Positions 1-11,711 are shown, numbered from the stretch's first letter. The stretch: 64,000 nt of DNA from Octopus bimaculoides (GCF_001194135.2 NC_068992.1:18133796-18197795), one strand, 5' to 3'. The notes: generated by a model not told the origin, from the sequence alone. Made by a program: numbers and translations.

Positions 1-294
1 AACTGAAGACAAGCCAAGGGTGGACGTCTCTATAAATATCTTTAACCATAACGTTTCAGTTATGCCACGCTAGATGCTTCGAAATGCTGATGTAATTTCT
101 TTTGTCTTGGTTCGATAAAAACAAAATAAGGTTTTTATGTAACTGAGGGACGTATCTTTGCCAGATACGTCATAATCTGGGCCCATGTTGGTGGTACCAG
201 CAAATAAATATATTTCAAAAAGGATTCACGGTTTTATAATTCAAACTTTTGGCGGAATACGTGTATTTGTGCGTGTGATAATGTGTATATTGGA

Positions 295-505
295 AGACGG
301 TGAGCTTGCAGAAACGTTCGCACACCGTGCGAAATGCTTAGCAGTATTTCGTCTGTCTGTACGTACTGACTTCAAATTCCGCCGAGGTCGGCTTTGCCTT
401 TTATCCTTTCGGGGTCGATAAATTAAGTACCGTAATGATATCGATCTTATCCACTGGCCCCTTCCATCAAAATTTCGGGCCTTGTGCCTAGAGTAGAAAC
501 GATAT
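295..505 (+). mobile_element. tRNA-derived SINE, family B
   Basis: Head GACGGTGAGCTTGCAGAAACGTT with B-box-like ACTTCAAATTCC, central TTTGCCTTTTATCCTTTCGGGGTCGATAAATTAAGTACC, tail AAAATTTCGGGCCTTGTGCCTAGAGTAGAAA. The same sequence recurs more than 10 times in the window. The central block resembles the MetaSINE-type domain (recall). Confidence 0.85.
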
Positions 506-879
506 TGTGTATATTGGCGTTGTTGCTACTATTCGCATTGTTCTGTCAGAAATTTAATATTTTTCGTTCATTTTATGAAAGTATATACAGAATTTATATG
601 TATATTTTTATATTTTTTCAGTCTGCTGTCTGGAAAAAGGTGTTTGTTTTCGTTCCATTTCCTTCAGGTGGTATTATAAACGCTGTTATGTAGCCACATT
701 TATAAAAAGTGTAGAGAAATATCTCCTTTGCAAATTAAAGTATTTCCACCTAAATAGCAAAGAATTAATGCGATTAAATAAACGCCTACTTTCACCAGCT
801 ATTAATTTTGCATTAAAAATAATTTTTTCCACGAGAATATGAGTGAGCAAAACAAAAAAATCAGCCGACTATTTGAACA

Positions 880-1030
880 CGAAACAACAACAGCAACAAT
901 AATGGCATGAAATTTTGGCAAAATGCCAGCAATTTTAGGGAAAGAGAATTCGACACCATCAGGCCCATAGTACTTGACTGGTACATTATTTTACTGATCC
1001 CGGAGAAATGAAATGTCTAGCAGACCTGGC
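880..1030 (-). mobile_element. SINE family B, degenerate 3' half
   Basis: GAAATTTTGGCAAAATGCCAGCAATTTT...GACTGGTACATTATTTTACTGATCCCGG matches the reverse-strand tail and central block of the other B copies. Confidence 0.55.
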
Positions 1031-1194
1031 TCTACATGCAGTGTTGCCCCCCATCGACTTCTGATAAATTTATATTCCAGTCATTCCTAGTGTAGAGTCA
1101 ATATGAATTTCGTGTCCGACGCTATTACGGTGAAATCGTCTCAAAAAATGCGAATATGATTTTTCGCATCAGTTCTCGAAGAATATTCATTGAA

Positions 1195-2000
1195 AACACA
1201 AATTTCTGCAGTAGTTGCTTCTGGATCAGTACGTACCGAAGGAGAAACGGGGAGTAACTTTGTCAGACCGATTGCTTGACGCTGAAAGATTCCAACAGGT
1301 GGCGGTTTGGTCTAACTATCTCAGTATATTGCAACGTTTCAGCAGCTTAAGATGGCTAAAAATCAGGCGTCTTCAGTACAAATGCCAAATATTCATTCTC
1401 GCCCCTAACAAAAGCTCATTGATTTGAATTAACCAGGGCCCCACCAATGCTAAGTGCTTTACCCAACCTTTACTATTATGTATCCTGTAGTGAGACGGTT
1501 ATCATGGGTTGTGTTTAGCATGAAACATATCTGTGATTCACCCACCGCAGTAACAACAGGCATCAGCATCTAAGCTAAGACCTTGACGAAAAACTCTTGA
1601 GCTATTGGATTTAGCAATGTTACGGGTCTAAAGTTGTTAAAATCATGCTCAGAATTCAAGCTTTTTCTGGGACTGGGAGATCTCTTTTTTCTGACAGATG
1701 CCTACAAACAAGCCTGGCATATAAACTAAGCGACGACCATCGTGCTCCGGCGCCTTTTCTCGCTTGCGCCCTGTTAATATCCGGGTTTATGATTGGAGGT
1801 TCTCTAGAAACAGAGCAAGTAGTATCTATGATTTTCAAATCTGAGGCCTGCTACTGAACCATCCGCTTTTCCTTCTTTTGACATCACCCCTTTCTGGTTC
1901 TTTTCTGTAGATGTCTCACAGTAATGTCGACAAAATATGCTCCGAGACTAACAATGGTCGAAGACTTATAATGTAGTAATTTTCTCTCCAAATGCACAGC
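1195..2000 (-). pseudogene. L1/Tx1-clade LINE ORF2 reverse-transcriptase fragment, decayed
   Basis: Manual minus-strand translation across frameshifts gives KAPEHDG (KSPGxDG), NNFRPVTLLN, VKVLA, GESQIC, THDN, GALVNSNQ*AFVR (LDQxKAFDRV) and SVKQSV*QSYSPFLLRYVL (SVRQGCPLSPLLY), in the expected order. Boundaries approximate. Confidence 0.75.
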
Positions 2001-3845
2001 CTCCAAATTTCACCTGCTTCAGGAATAATAGTTCACTAGTACAAATATTAACTTCCACTTGTCTTTAGAAATGTTGACAGCGAAAACGTAATAGAGCTTT
2101 AATGTAGAGACAGACCAACAAAGTATCATATGTCTGACGTTATTCTCGCTAAAAAAATGACAATAGCGAATTAATTATCGATGTGGTTTACCAGACTTTC
2201 ATGCCATGAATATGGACTCTATAGTAATCACTACGTCTAAATTCTGTTTGAGTTTCATAGACACTGTTAGTAGCTATTACAGGTTTTCTGCGACTCCAAG
2301 TGACAAAGATGTTATTTACTTTAGTCTATCTATAGTCATTATGCCTCAACAGTTATGATAGGCTCCAAACAGAAATTAGTGAATCACGTATTTGTGATAT
2401 GTATTTGCCTCTATAGATTGGATGATCGTTGTTAAGTAGCATGAATTATATTTCTGTTCAGACCATTAATTTCTCTTTCATTATGTATACGGTCTCTGTA
2501 GGAGGTTGAGCATAGTTAAGTCAACTGATACTGATTCGCTTATAGTTATGATACTTGCGTTACTATAACTAAACGGGGAAAATCATAAAGTACGCACTTG
2601 AATGAATGCGATTAAACAATTAAATTGCTGCTCTACTATTTACTGAAAATTCGGACTTTCAGCATAAATTAAATGCTTTTACCTGAACGAAGAATTCGGA
2701 CAAGTTGTATGACAGTTAATGAAGTAAAAGTATTGCAAGTGTACACATTCAAAGTATATTTATCTATCTTTCTCTGCAGAATTCGAACTGATCACTAACA
2801 AATTGCCGAGGCTTTTTTTGCCTTAGTCCAGATAATTCTAGACATATGTGAATACGTGATTCTTAGTTAATACGTTCATATATANNNNNNNNNNNNNNNN
2901 NNNNNNNNNNNNNNNNNNNNNNNNNNNNNNNNNNNNNNNNNNNNNNNNNNNNNNNNNNNNNNNNNNNNNNNNNNNNNNNNNNNNNNNNNNNNNNNNNNNN
3001 NNNNNNNNNNNNNNNNNNNNNNNNNNNNNNNNNNNNNNNNNNNNNNNNNNNNNNNNNNNNNNNNNNNNNNNNNNNNNNNNNNNNNNNNNNNNNNNNNNNN
3101 NNNNNNNNNNNNNNNNNNNNNNNNNNNNNNNNNNNNNNNNNNNNNNNNNNNNNNNNNNNNNNNNNNNNNNNNNNNNNNNNNNNNNNNNNNNNNNNNNNNN
3201 NNNNNNNNNNNNNNNNNNNNNNNNNNNNNNNNNNNNNNNNNNNNNNNNNNNNNNNNNNNNNNNNNNNNNNNNNNNNNNNNNNNNNNNNNNNNNNNNNNNN
3301 NNNNNNNNNNNNNNNNNNNNNNNNNNNNNNNNNNNNNNNNNNNNNNNNNNNNNNNNNNNNNNNNNNNNNNNNNNNNNNNNNNNNNNNNNNNNNNNNNNNN
3401 NNNNNNNNNNNNNNNNNNNNNNNNNNNNNNNNNNNNNNNNNNNNNNNNNNNNNNNNNNNNNNNNNNNNNNNNNNNNNNNNNNNNNNNNNNNNNNNNNNNN
3501 NNNNNNNNNNNNNNNNNNNNNNNNNNNNNNNNNNNNNNNNNNNNNNNNNNNNNNNNNNNNNNNNNNNNNNNNNNNNNNNNNNNNNNNNNNNNNNNNNNNN
3601 NNNNNNNNNNNNNNNNNNNNNNNNNNNNNNNNNNNNNNNNNNGGACAGAGAAAGAGGGAGAGAGTGGCAGAAAGAGAGAGACATGTGTGTTTGTATATTT
3701 GACAGTGTGTATATCGCAGTATTAGTAGCAATAGTAGTTTTAGTTGCAGCAGTAGTAGTAAAGCGGTATCTAGTTATAGATTCGGGAAAATCCTGATATA
3801 AATTAAGTTTAATGCTGAAAAGAATTGCAAAAATGGCTAAAAAAT

Positions 3846-3917
3846 TCTCTCTCTCTCTCTCTCTGTCTCTCTCTGTCTCTGTCTCTCTCTGTCTCTGTCT
3901 CTCTCTGTCTCTGTCTC

Positions 3918-3969
<52 letters not shown>
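3846..3969. repeat. Compound (CT)n/(CTGT)n/(CA)n microsatellite
   Basis: Direct reading. Confidence 0.95.
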
Positions 3970-5276
3970 TCAAATCAAAATCAACACGTTAGTAGAAGTT
4001 TGTTTCGGGAATTATTTTCTTTCGAAGACCTTCAACATACAAAAGATAAATTCTCGTTACTACATTCGTTTATTTATCTGATAAAAGAGAAAAATCGCTC
4101 TCGATGGGATTCACGGCATATATTGTTTCTATATTTGGAATCTAACATCATTAACAGAAACCAGCATATCAACCATCAATTTTGAAGCTTACTGCTATGG
4201 GCCTACAATTGTAGCTATTACTAGCTCGAGGTATATACTCTCTACTTGATGAAGATTGAGCCTTCGAGAGCGATATGCACTTTGTAGTAGAATTCCCCCA
4301 AAGGTCTCCAGTAAACTATAAACTGCATCTTCATGGAAGCATCGCCAGAATAGTGACAGTAAATATGTTATTGAACCCCAACGAAATGATAAATATATTT
4401 GCAGTTAGAAATATATCAACAGATGGATTGTTTTGCAGCTGGATTAAATACGTTTAAGCTAATAGTCAGTAATCCACATTTGTTTCAGAAATATAGAAAT
4501 CTGATCAATCATTTCAGTTTAACATAACGTATTGGATCCTTGAAATCCTATCTTCTCAATATGTTACTTAATTTATCGAAAGGCTAAACTTGGATCGGAG
4601 CTACTAAATCTTACCCCAACTCATAACGTTATCGATGTTCGTTTTATAGATCTAATATTATACGAGTCAGCTGTGAAAATATCGTGGGGAATTGAATCAA
4701 AATATCGGGAAATTCACATTGTGCATTACTGGAGTACACATAAATTTATTCCGGTGAAATAAGGAATGAAATAGACAACGAGGGTAGGGAAAGCGAGAGA
4801 CAAGGTGGGAAATATGTTGGCGGAATTGGTTGAACGACCGACCAATCATTTGTATTACTTTTGGATACTCCATATTTCTAGTTTAAATCGACTAAAACTT
4901 CTATTACTTTATCTTGTTGTAAAATCAGTACAAAATATGTATTATATTCGAACTCTTCCTTACAACTTTTACTATATGTAGCATTCAAAAGTATAGTACA
5001 CAATCGATATCAAATAAATATCATTATTCAAACCGTGTCACTATGATAAGTATATTCTACATCTCAGTGCTAATACTCAAACATGCTAGACTACATTCAA
5101 AGCATACCGAGCAATTCATTCACAAATACAATACAACACCTAGACTATAGGCATACATTTTACTCAAGCATTGTTCTTAGCTACCATCTGCCCCTTTGAA
5201 CTAGTTAACATCTTATGTCCCAAGCACAAGTAGTGAACACTTATCTTCTGTTTTGTATTCTATATCAACCCCAACA

Positions 5277-5664
5277 GTGGAGGCGCAATGGCCCAGTGGT
5301 TAGGGCAGCGGACTAGCGGTCATAGGATCGCGGTTTCGATTTCCAGACCGGGCGTTGTGAGTGTTTATTGAGCGAAAACACCTAAAGCTCCACGATGCTC
5401 CGGCAGGGGATGGTGGCGAACCCTGCTGTATTCTTTCACCACAACTTTCTCTCACTCTTACTTCCTGTTGCTGTTGTGCCTGTAATTCAAAAGGTCAGCT
5501 TTGTCACACTGTGTCACGCTGAATATCCCCGAGAACTACGTTGAGGGTACACGTGTCTGTGGAGTGCTCAGCCACTTGCACGCTAATTTCACGAGGAGGC
5601 TGTTCCGTTGATCGGTTTAACTGGAACCCTCGTCGTCGTAAGCGACGGAGTGTCAACAACAAAA
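5277..5664 (+). mobile_element. Full-length tRNA-derived SINE, family A (Octopus OK/OR-type), with 13-bp TSD
   Basis: A box TGGCCCAGTGG, B-box-like GTTTCGATTT, tail CTGGAACCCTCGTCGTCGTAAGCGACGGAGTGTCAACAAC. TSD ATCAACCCCAACA (5264-5276) / ATCAGCCCCAACA (5665-5677). Highly similar to the copies at 41365 and 56707. Confidence 0.9.
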
Positions 5665-5879
5665 ATCAGCCCCAACATCTCTGCACGTAGATCTCGCATT
5701 ATAAATAATTTAGTAACTCCCTCCCATAATTGACATTTGCAATGCAGTATAATATTTTTTTTCATGAGGTCTAATGCTCGTAAGCTAGATAACCGATTTC
5801 TATGGCTTGTAAGCGATCACAACATTCTCCCGAACGTTACACTGGCCGTAGCCAGGTTCAAGACCAGTACGTTTTGAAC

Positions 5880-6061
5880 GAGGGGACAACTCGATTACCT
5901 CGATCTCAGCACGTGTCTGGTACTTTATTTCATCAATATCAAAAGGACGAAAAGCAATGTTGACCTCAACGAAATTTAAATCGAATAACGTAAAGAATCG
6001 GGAGTAACGTCACTAAGCATTTTGACCGATATGCTAACAATTCTGCCGGTTCATCGCCTTA
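5880..6061 (-). mobile_element. SINE family B, degenerate
   Basis: CTCGATTACCTCGATCTCAG...CTGGTACTTT...ATGCTAACAATTCTGCCGGTTCATCGCCTT is the reverse complement of the B head and central block. Confidence 0.7.
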
Positions 6062-7542
6062 GTACAATAGAAGTTAGCACAACTTGTCATGTAACAATTC
6101 GTATTTCTAAGTTTATTATGATGTATCATTATCCATGTAGTGATCAACAATAACATTCGACCACGACTAATTTAATTTCTTCACCTTTAACACTAGATAT
6201 TTTCCCTATTGTACGTACACACAAACATACACATATTTGCTCATCGCTCTGCCCTATTCACCTTGTTCTATTTCCTACTATCTCCATCCCTACACCTGAC
6301 ATTTACCAAATTTATTGCTTCTACCCTTTCATACTGTGCTTATCCTTTTCTCCACCATCCTCAGATAGCGATTCTTCGCGTCTCCTATTAAAACTACAAT
6401 CGGGTTTCTCCGCTTCTCGCATATTTATTAATTTCACTGTGCCATGCATTTTGTATTTGATATTTGTGGAGGCATACTTTATTTAAGTATCCTCTGATTC
6501 AACTGCTTCACTTCTTTATACACACACATCTACACAAACACATGCGCGTGATTTTACTGATCAATGTCATTGAAAACCTTTATAAACACGTGTACTAAAC
6601 CCATTTTATTCATAGCACATCACAGCAGGAGATTTGTGTGCATATAGCTCTGTAAACTGACAGCTATTATATATTTTTGGATTCATGAACGTAACATGCA
6701 CAACGTATTCCTTAACATAAAGCACAATATACTTGCTATACAGAATGAACAATGCATACAACTGGAGATATTTATGTTCTATATATTTATAACAAGGAAT
6801 CTACGCCGTTAAAGCACCCATGATTCTGTCAGAGATAGAGAAAATATGTCATCCTTTTGTTGGTATGACGACAACGGTTTGGTTAGAAGCGTAACTTTTA
6901 TTTTATACAGAAAATTTCGTTATGTTTTATCATATTATGCTTCGTTCAAAATAAAAATTCCGAAGGAAAATGTTTCACAAATTAACATTATTTATGACAA
7001 CACAGAACGAAAAAAAAAAGTTATTAAGATGGAAAAAGAAAAACGAATAACAAAAAAAAACAAAGCAAATTATTTATTATCTCTTAAACTAAACAATATT
7101 ATAGAAAATTGCTCAATATATATGAAGAATTGATTATTTGTTTTCTAATTTCGATCTGAATTCCCTACCAGGGAAATTTTTGGTTCACATTTACAGTTAT
7201 ATTATGGCTGATAGCTTTATTGCAAAATTCCTTCCTACCTCATTCAAAAAAAAAAGAAGAAACCAAAAAACACAGGAATCAGAAAAATAAAAAAAGAAAG
7301 AATTCATCTGCAATGGATTTCACAAAATACTGAAACTATTTTAAATAAAATAAAAAGGAATATCAAAGCCTTAAAATTTGTTTCTCTTTCAGTATCCATT
7401 CAAATTTTATGTGATTTCCATTTTCATGAGTTTTGCAAATGATTTTTATACTTTTTCATTTGTCTATTAAAAGAAAGGTAAAATTATATTTTAGTATAAA
7501 CTGTAAACAATTTGTCGGTTATTTTTTAGAAACGTCCTCATG

Positions 7543-7574
7543 TGTATATATATATATATATATCCATATATATG

Positions 7575-7621
<47 letters not shown>

Positions 7622-7910
7622 ATTAATATATATATGCAAATATATTAATATATATGTTCATATATATATTAATGTATATATATATATATATATATGCACA
7701 TATATGTATTAATGTATATATATATATATATATGTACACATATATATTAATGTATATCTATATATGTACATATATATATCAATGTATATCTATATATTTA
7801 CATATATATATTAATGTATATATATATATATATAATGTATGCATATGTCTATAGATATAGATATATATGTGTGTGTGTGTGTGTGAATGTATTTCATTTT
7901 CAGCATCAAA

Positions 7911-7985
<75 letters not shown>

Positions 7986-7998
7986 CATTATTATTATT
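7543..7998. repeat. (TA)n-rich, (TG)n and (ATT)n microsatellite block
   Basis: Direct reading; source of the YIYI and poly-L/I pseudo-ORFs. Confidence 0.95.
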
Positions 7999-8784
7999 TG
8001 AGTTCAAATTTGAAAGAGATATATTTATTGCGTGCAATATTGGTTTCTTTTACCTGAACATAAGGCATCGAATTTACATAGGAGAGCAATAAAATAGTGT
8101 AGCGTTTGTGTCATTCTTCCAGCAGCATAAACAAGTGAAAACAATTTCAATTGGAAATATAATCCGGCTATTTGTCGTCTGCGCTATTTCATTCACAACA
8201 AATTTCTATTTTGGTGAATAGCGGAGTGGTGTGGTGATCCGAATGTTTTTCTTTGCGTCCATTTCTGACGTAAATGAAATGAAATTTATTCAAACCTGTT
8301 ACAAAACCGTCTCGCGGGTCCTTCACTGCATCTATGTTTTGTTTTTAATTATCACTATACTCACAATTTCAAACAACAAATATAAGTAAAAAAATAGTAT
8401 GCTTACCTTACCGTACATGCAACCGTATGTGCAGACGTTTGTGTTTAGGTTCAAAGTATATTATATGTATTTTTTTTTGTATATTATATCTCTGAGTCTT
8501 TCTGAATTTCCAATATTTTTGTTTTGTCAATGGTAAAAAAATTCACTAAATATTAATAGCACTATGCGTTAGAGTGACCGACTGGATGAAAGATGCAAGC
8601 ATTGTGCAGAAAAAAAAAACCTTCAGCGCTGACGTCAATAGTTAATAGTTAAAAATAATATTAATTCATTCAAAGATATTGCTCTGGTTTAGATTTTGTA
8701 GCGTTGCTTTGAACAGTTCAGTTGTATGTTATGGACAGCAGTCATGTATTACTTACAAATATATAATGTAATGGACTTATCGGA

Positions 8785-8950
8785 TGATGTAGTATGGTTC
8801 AATGGTTAAGAAATTCGCATTGTCCTCAAAGGGTCCTAGTTTCGATTCAATTACATGGTATATTGGATGACGTTCTTTTTTATATTCAGGTCGCGCCAAA
8901 CCATTGCGATTGAAATTGTGTAAACGGAAGCTGTATAAAAGCTCGTCAAG
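8785..8950 (+). mobile_element. SINE family C (CORE-type), degenerate
   Basis: TGGTTCAATGGTTAAGAAATT head, TTTCGATTC B-box remnant, and AAACGGAAGCTGTATAAAAGCTCGTC matching AGACAAAAACTGAAAGAAGCCCGTC of the 26350 copy. Confidence 0.5.
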
Positions 8951-9107
8951 TGAACTCTTTTACATGCAATTTAAAAGTAATACCTTTTCACATACCAAAG
9001 GGTTATTTAACGATAGTAATATCTGCGGAATACTCAACCACTTATTCGTTGAATCACTTGATTATACAAGTGAATGCTCAACACTGAAATCAACAGATAT
9101 TCATTTA

Positions 9108-9298
9108 TAATAATCCCTCGACTATCGCAGGTGTTAGGTTCCAAAATACTCCGCGGTAGGTGAAAACAATGAAGTAGAAACAGTATGGTATTGTATATAT
9201 TTTATTATAAATGCAGAAAACAACACCACAGAAGAATGGACGTAAGTTTAAATAGTAAAGGCGCGATAGGTGAACCGCTATATGGCGAGGGATTACTT
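9108..9298 (+). mobile_element. Tigger/pogo-like MITE, copy 1
   Basis: Terminal inverted repeats (C)AGTAATCCCTCG...CGAGGGATTACT(G), TA on both flanks. Homologous to 39680-39899 and 58860-59072. Confidence 0.8.
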
Positions 9299-9357
9299 TA
9301 TACTATTTTGCGGATACACTGAACAGATTTTATCTTTCAACGTCATAAAAAAGAATT

Positions 9358-9567
9358 AGACGGCAATGTGACAGAATCGTTAGCACGCCAGGCGGAATAG
9401 GCATTTCACCCATCTTTACGATTTGAGTTCCAACCTGTTGCGGTCTCCCTTGGCCTTTTATCCGTTTAAGGCCAGTGAATCGAGTGTCAGTCAAGTACTG
9501 GACTGATGTATTCGGTTTACCTCTCCCGAAAATTTGATGGCCTAGAGCCAAAATTTGAAAGCAATAT
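9358..9567 (+). mobile_element. SINE family B, degenerate
   Basis: GACGGCAATGTGACAGAATCGTTAGCACGCCAGGCG head, GAGTTCCAA box, tail GGCCTAGAGCCAAAATTTGAAA. Confidence 0.65.
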
Positions 9568-9986
9568 AATGAAAAGAATTGAAACACTGCGCGGTATTTA
9601 ATCTAACGCTTTTCCATTTATGCAAACTGTTAACATTCTCTTTACAAAACCACAGAGAAAGAGAATAGGAAAAGGATAAGGAAAAAGACATTCATGTTAA
9701 TTCATTCAGTATAAAACAGTTGGAAATCGCGAGAAAACGTAAAATTCCGCTTCTTATTCTGGAACATATTTTATGGAATAAAAACAGCCAATAAACACAA
9801 CGAAGACACACTGTTGTAATATGTTTCACGATATTTTAATTCTATCAGACATAAGATTAAATCGATCACAAAAAACATCGATGATATAAAGTTAGGCCCA
9901 GATTAATATTTTCAGTTGACTTAACATTCAATACAATAACTAACAAAAACAAACAAAAAAAGACATACATTATATGGTCCAGTAAT

Positions 9987-10140
9987 GAGGATGTGAGCTG
10001 GGAGAGCCATAAGCGCATTGGAGAAAATGCCTTGAGCATTTCTTCCAAGATTTTATAAGTTCAAATCTCGCTGAGGTCAAATTTGCTTTTTATCCCTCCC
10101 ATATACTTAAAATTAAATGCCAGTCAGTTACTGCAGTCCA
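9987..10140 (+). mobile_element. SINE family B, highly degenerate
   Basis: GTGAGCTGG head...AAGTTCAAATCTCGCTGAGGTCAAATTTGCTTTTTATCC. Confidence 0.5.
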
Positions 10141-10394
10141 TACTATGACTAATCTTGTTTGTTTCACATGTGTTGGCTTTGTTTCTGGATCAAAAGTATT
10201 TATCTTGACCAGATATATGTGAAAAGTCTACTTTACGTAACTCGTATCCGTATACTGCAGGGATTTATGGGAGCAAAATATTAATATTCCAAGAATTATT
10301 CAAAATATATTTTCCAAAATTCTAGCTGCGTTATACTTGCACTCGTCTCTGCTCGGATTGCCTTCAGGTTATGTAATTTTATGTATGTAAATAT

Positions 10395-10604
10395 CATTTG
10401 ACGGATATTTGTCCTTATCTTGTTTGTTGTTAACACAACGTTGAGACTGATACACTCTCCAGCCTTCATCACGGGTCTTGTGGAAATTTCGAACCTGGGT
10501 ATTCATTCATAAGGTATTTTTCGATGTTATTATTACTATTCAGGAATCGAACACAGAATCTTGGGATTACTAGCCCGCGCTCTTTACCACTACGTCATAT
10601 GCTC
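10395..10604 (-). mobile_element. tRNA-headed SINE family H, copy 1
   Basis: Minus strand: ATATGACGTAGTGGTAAAGAGCGCGGGCTAGTAATCCC (A box, anticodon-like arm), GTTCGATTCC (B box), short AAT tract, then a body shared with copy 2 ending GGACAAATATCCGTCAAATG. Confidence 0.8.
10431..10479 (-). ncRNA. Degenerate minimal type I hammerhead-ribozyme-like motif (Penelope type) in H copy 1
   Basis: AAGACCC-GTGATGA-AGGCTG-GAGAGTGTAT-CAGTC-TCAA-CGTT-GTGTT. Core is mutated at C3 and at GAAA; the stem I 3' strand is intact. Confidence 0.4.
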
Positions 10605-10750
10605 GTGAGCAATTAAAGAGTGAATTTTAGGGCTTATAAATCTAATATTTTCCTGTCCTTCCTTAATACCGGTTCCCAAATGTTACTCATATCGGCACTC
10701 GGTCTGCTTAGGAGGTTACTATGTGCTAGCATATGTGCTGTTTCTTTTCA

Positions 10751-11028
10751 ACATTATTTACATTATTTACATTTGACGGATATTTGTCCTCATCTTGCTT
10801 GTTGCTAGCTAACGTTTCGGATGATATACACTCCAGCCTTCATCAAGTGTCTTGGGGGAATTCCGAACCTGGGTTCTCATTTCCAAAATATTTTTGGATG
10901 TTATTATTATTATTATTATTATTATTATCATTATTATTATTATTATTATTATTCAGGTCATTACCTGAAATCGAACTCGGAACCTTGGGGTTAGTAGCCC
11001 GTGCTCTTAACCACTACGCCATATGCCC
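10751..11028 (-). mobile_element. tRNA-headed SINE family H, copy 2
   Basis: A box TGGCGTAGTGG, B box GAGTTCGATTT, internal (AAT)n of about 55 bp, body, and 3' tandem tail (TGTAAATAA)x2. Confidence 0.85.
10809..10853 (-). ncRNA. Minimal type I hammerhead-ribozyme-like motif (Penelope type) in H copy 2
   Basis: AAGACAC-TTGATGA-AGGCTG-GAGTGTATAT-CATCC-GAAA-CGTT. GAAA and the palindromic AACGTT are intact; C3 is T; the stem I 3' strand is altered. Confidence 0.5.
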
Positions 11029-11094
11029 ATGGGAGTAGTGGTTAAGAGCGCGGCTATTAAACCGAAGATTCCGAGTCCGATTCCAGGCAGTGAC
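11029..11094 (+). mobile_element. SINE family H copy 3, tRNA head (interrupted by R4/Dong)
   Basis: GGGAGTAGTGGTTAAGAGCGCGGCTATTAAACCGAAGATTCCGAGTCCGATTCCAGGCAGTGAC is the inverted counterpart of the copy 2 head. Confidence 0.8.
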
Positions 11095-11602
11095 GGAAGC
11101 TATGCCAACACTATGGAATAACAACAGAAAAAAGATGGTATAAACACACGCCAGAAAAGGTCACAGAAAACGAGAAAGCAACCATACTCTGGGATATGCC
11201 AATACACACAGATAGAGAAATTAAGGCAAATAGACCAGATATAGTTGTCAAAGATCATGAAGGAAAAAATGCTTTCTAATTGATGTATCAATACCAGCAG
11301 ATGACAACGTTTCTCGAAAAGAAATGGAAAAACTTTCAAAATACAAAGACCTGGAAATAGAGATAACTCGAATGTGGAGTCTAAANNNNNNNNNNAGAAA
11401 TACATAACAAAAATATCAGGACTTACAAATATATGTAACATACAGAAAATTGCACTACTGGGTACTGCACACATTCTACGCAAAACAATTTCAATACAGT
11501 AAACATAAAAGCACCACAGCAAACCACAGCACATACCCAAGGCGCACAGAGCTGCGCTCGGTAGTGAAGTGAAAGCACGTTATAAAAATAAAACTACTGA
11601 AC
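11095..11602 (+). mobile_element. 5'-truncated R4/Dong-clade non-LTR retrotransposon (restriction-like endonuclease C-terminus plus 3' UTR)
   Basis: Translates KLCQHYGITTEKRWYKHTPEKVTENEKATILWDMPIHTDREIKANRPDIVVKD-(frameshift)-CFLIDVSIPADDNVSRKEMEKLSKYKDLEIEITRMWSL-(gap)-KYITKISGLTNICNIQKIALLGTAHILRKTISIQ* (stop 11500-11502). PD-(D/E)xK RLE motif; 3' end runs directly into (AAT)n. Confidence 0.9.
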
Positions 11603-11673
<71 letters not shown>

Positions 11674-11711
11674 TAATAATAACATTGCAAAGTACCTTAG
11701 GAATGAGAACC
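11603..11711 (+). mobile_element. (AAT)n tract plus resumed body of SINE H copy 3
   Basis: After the AAT run, AACATTGCAAAGTACCTTAGGAATGAGAACC matches AACATCGAAAAATACCTTATGAATGAATACCC (copy 1) and GGAAATGAGAACCC (copy 2). Confidence 0.75.

Noticed and set aside
4240-4275. CTTGATGAAGATTGAGCCTTCGAGAGCG, a possible decayed hammerhead
   Set aside because: Too degenerate, with no surrounding family H or Penelope sequence.
5277-5355. tRNA-like heads here and at 10957-11094, 41670-41746 and 57015-57092 as tRNA genes
   Set aside because: They have A/B boxes but no closed acceptor stem or oligo-T terminator and run into SINE bodies.
8630-8637. Perfect CRE site TGACGTCA
   Set aside because: A single 8-mer with no supporting promoter context.
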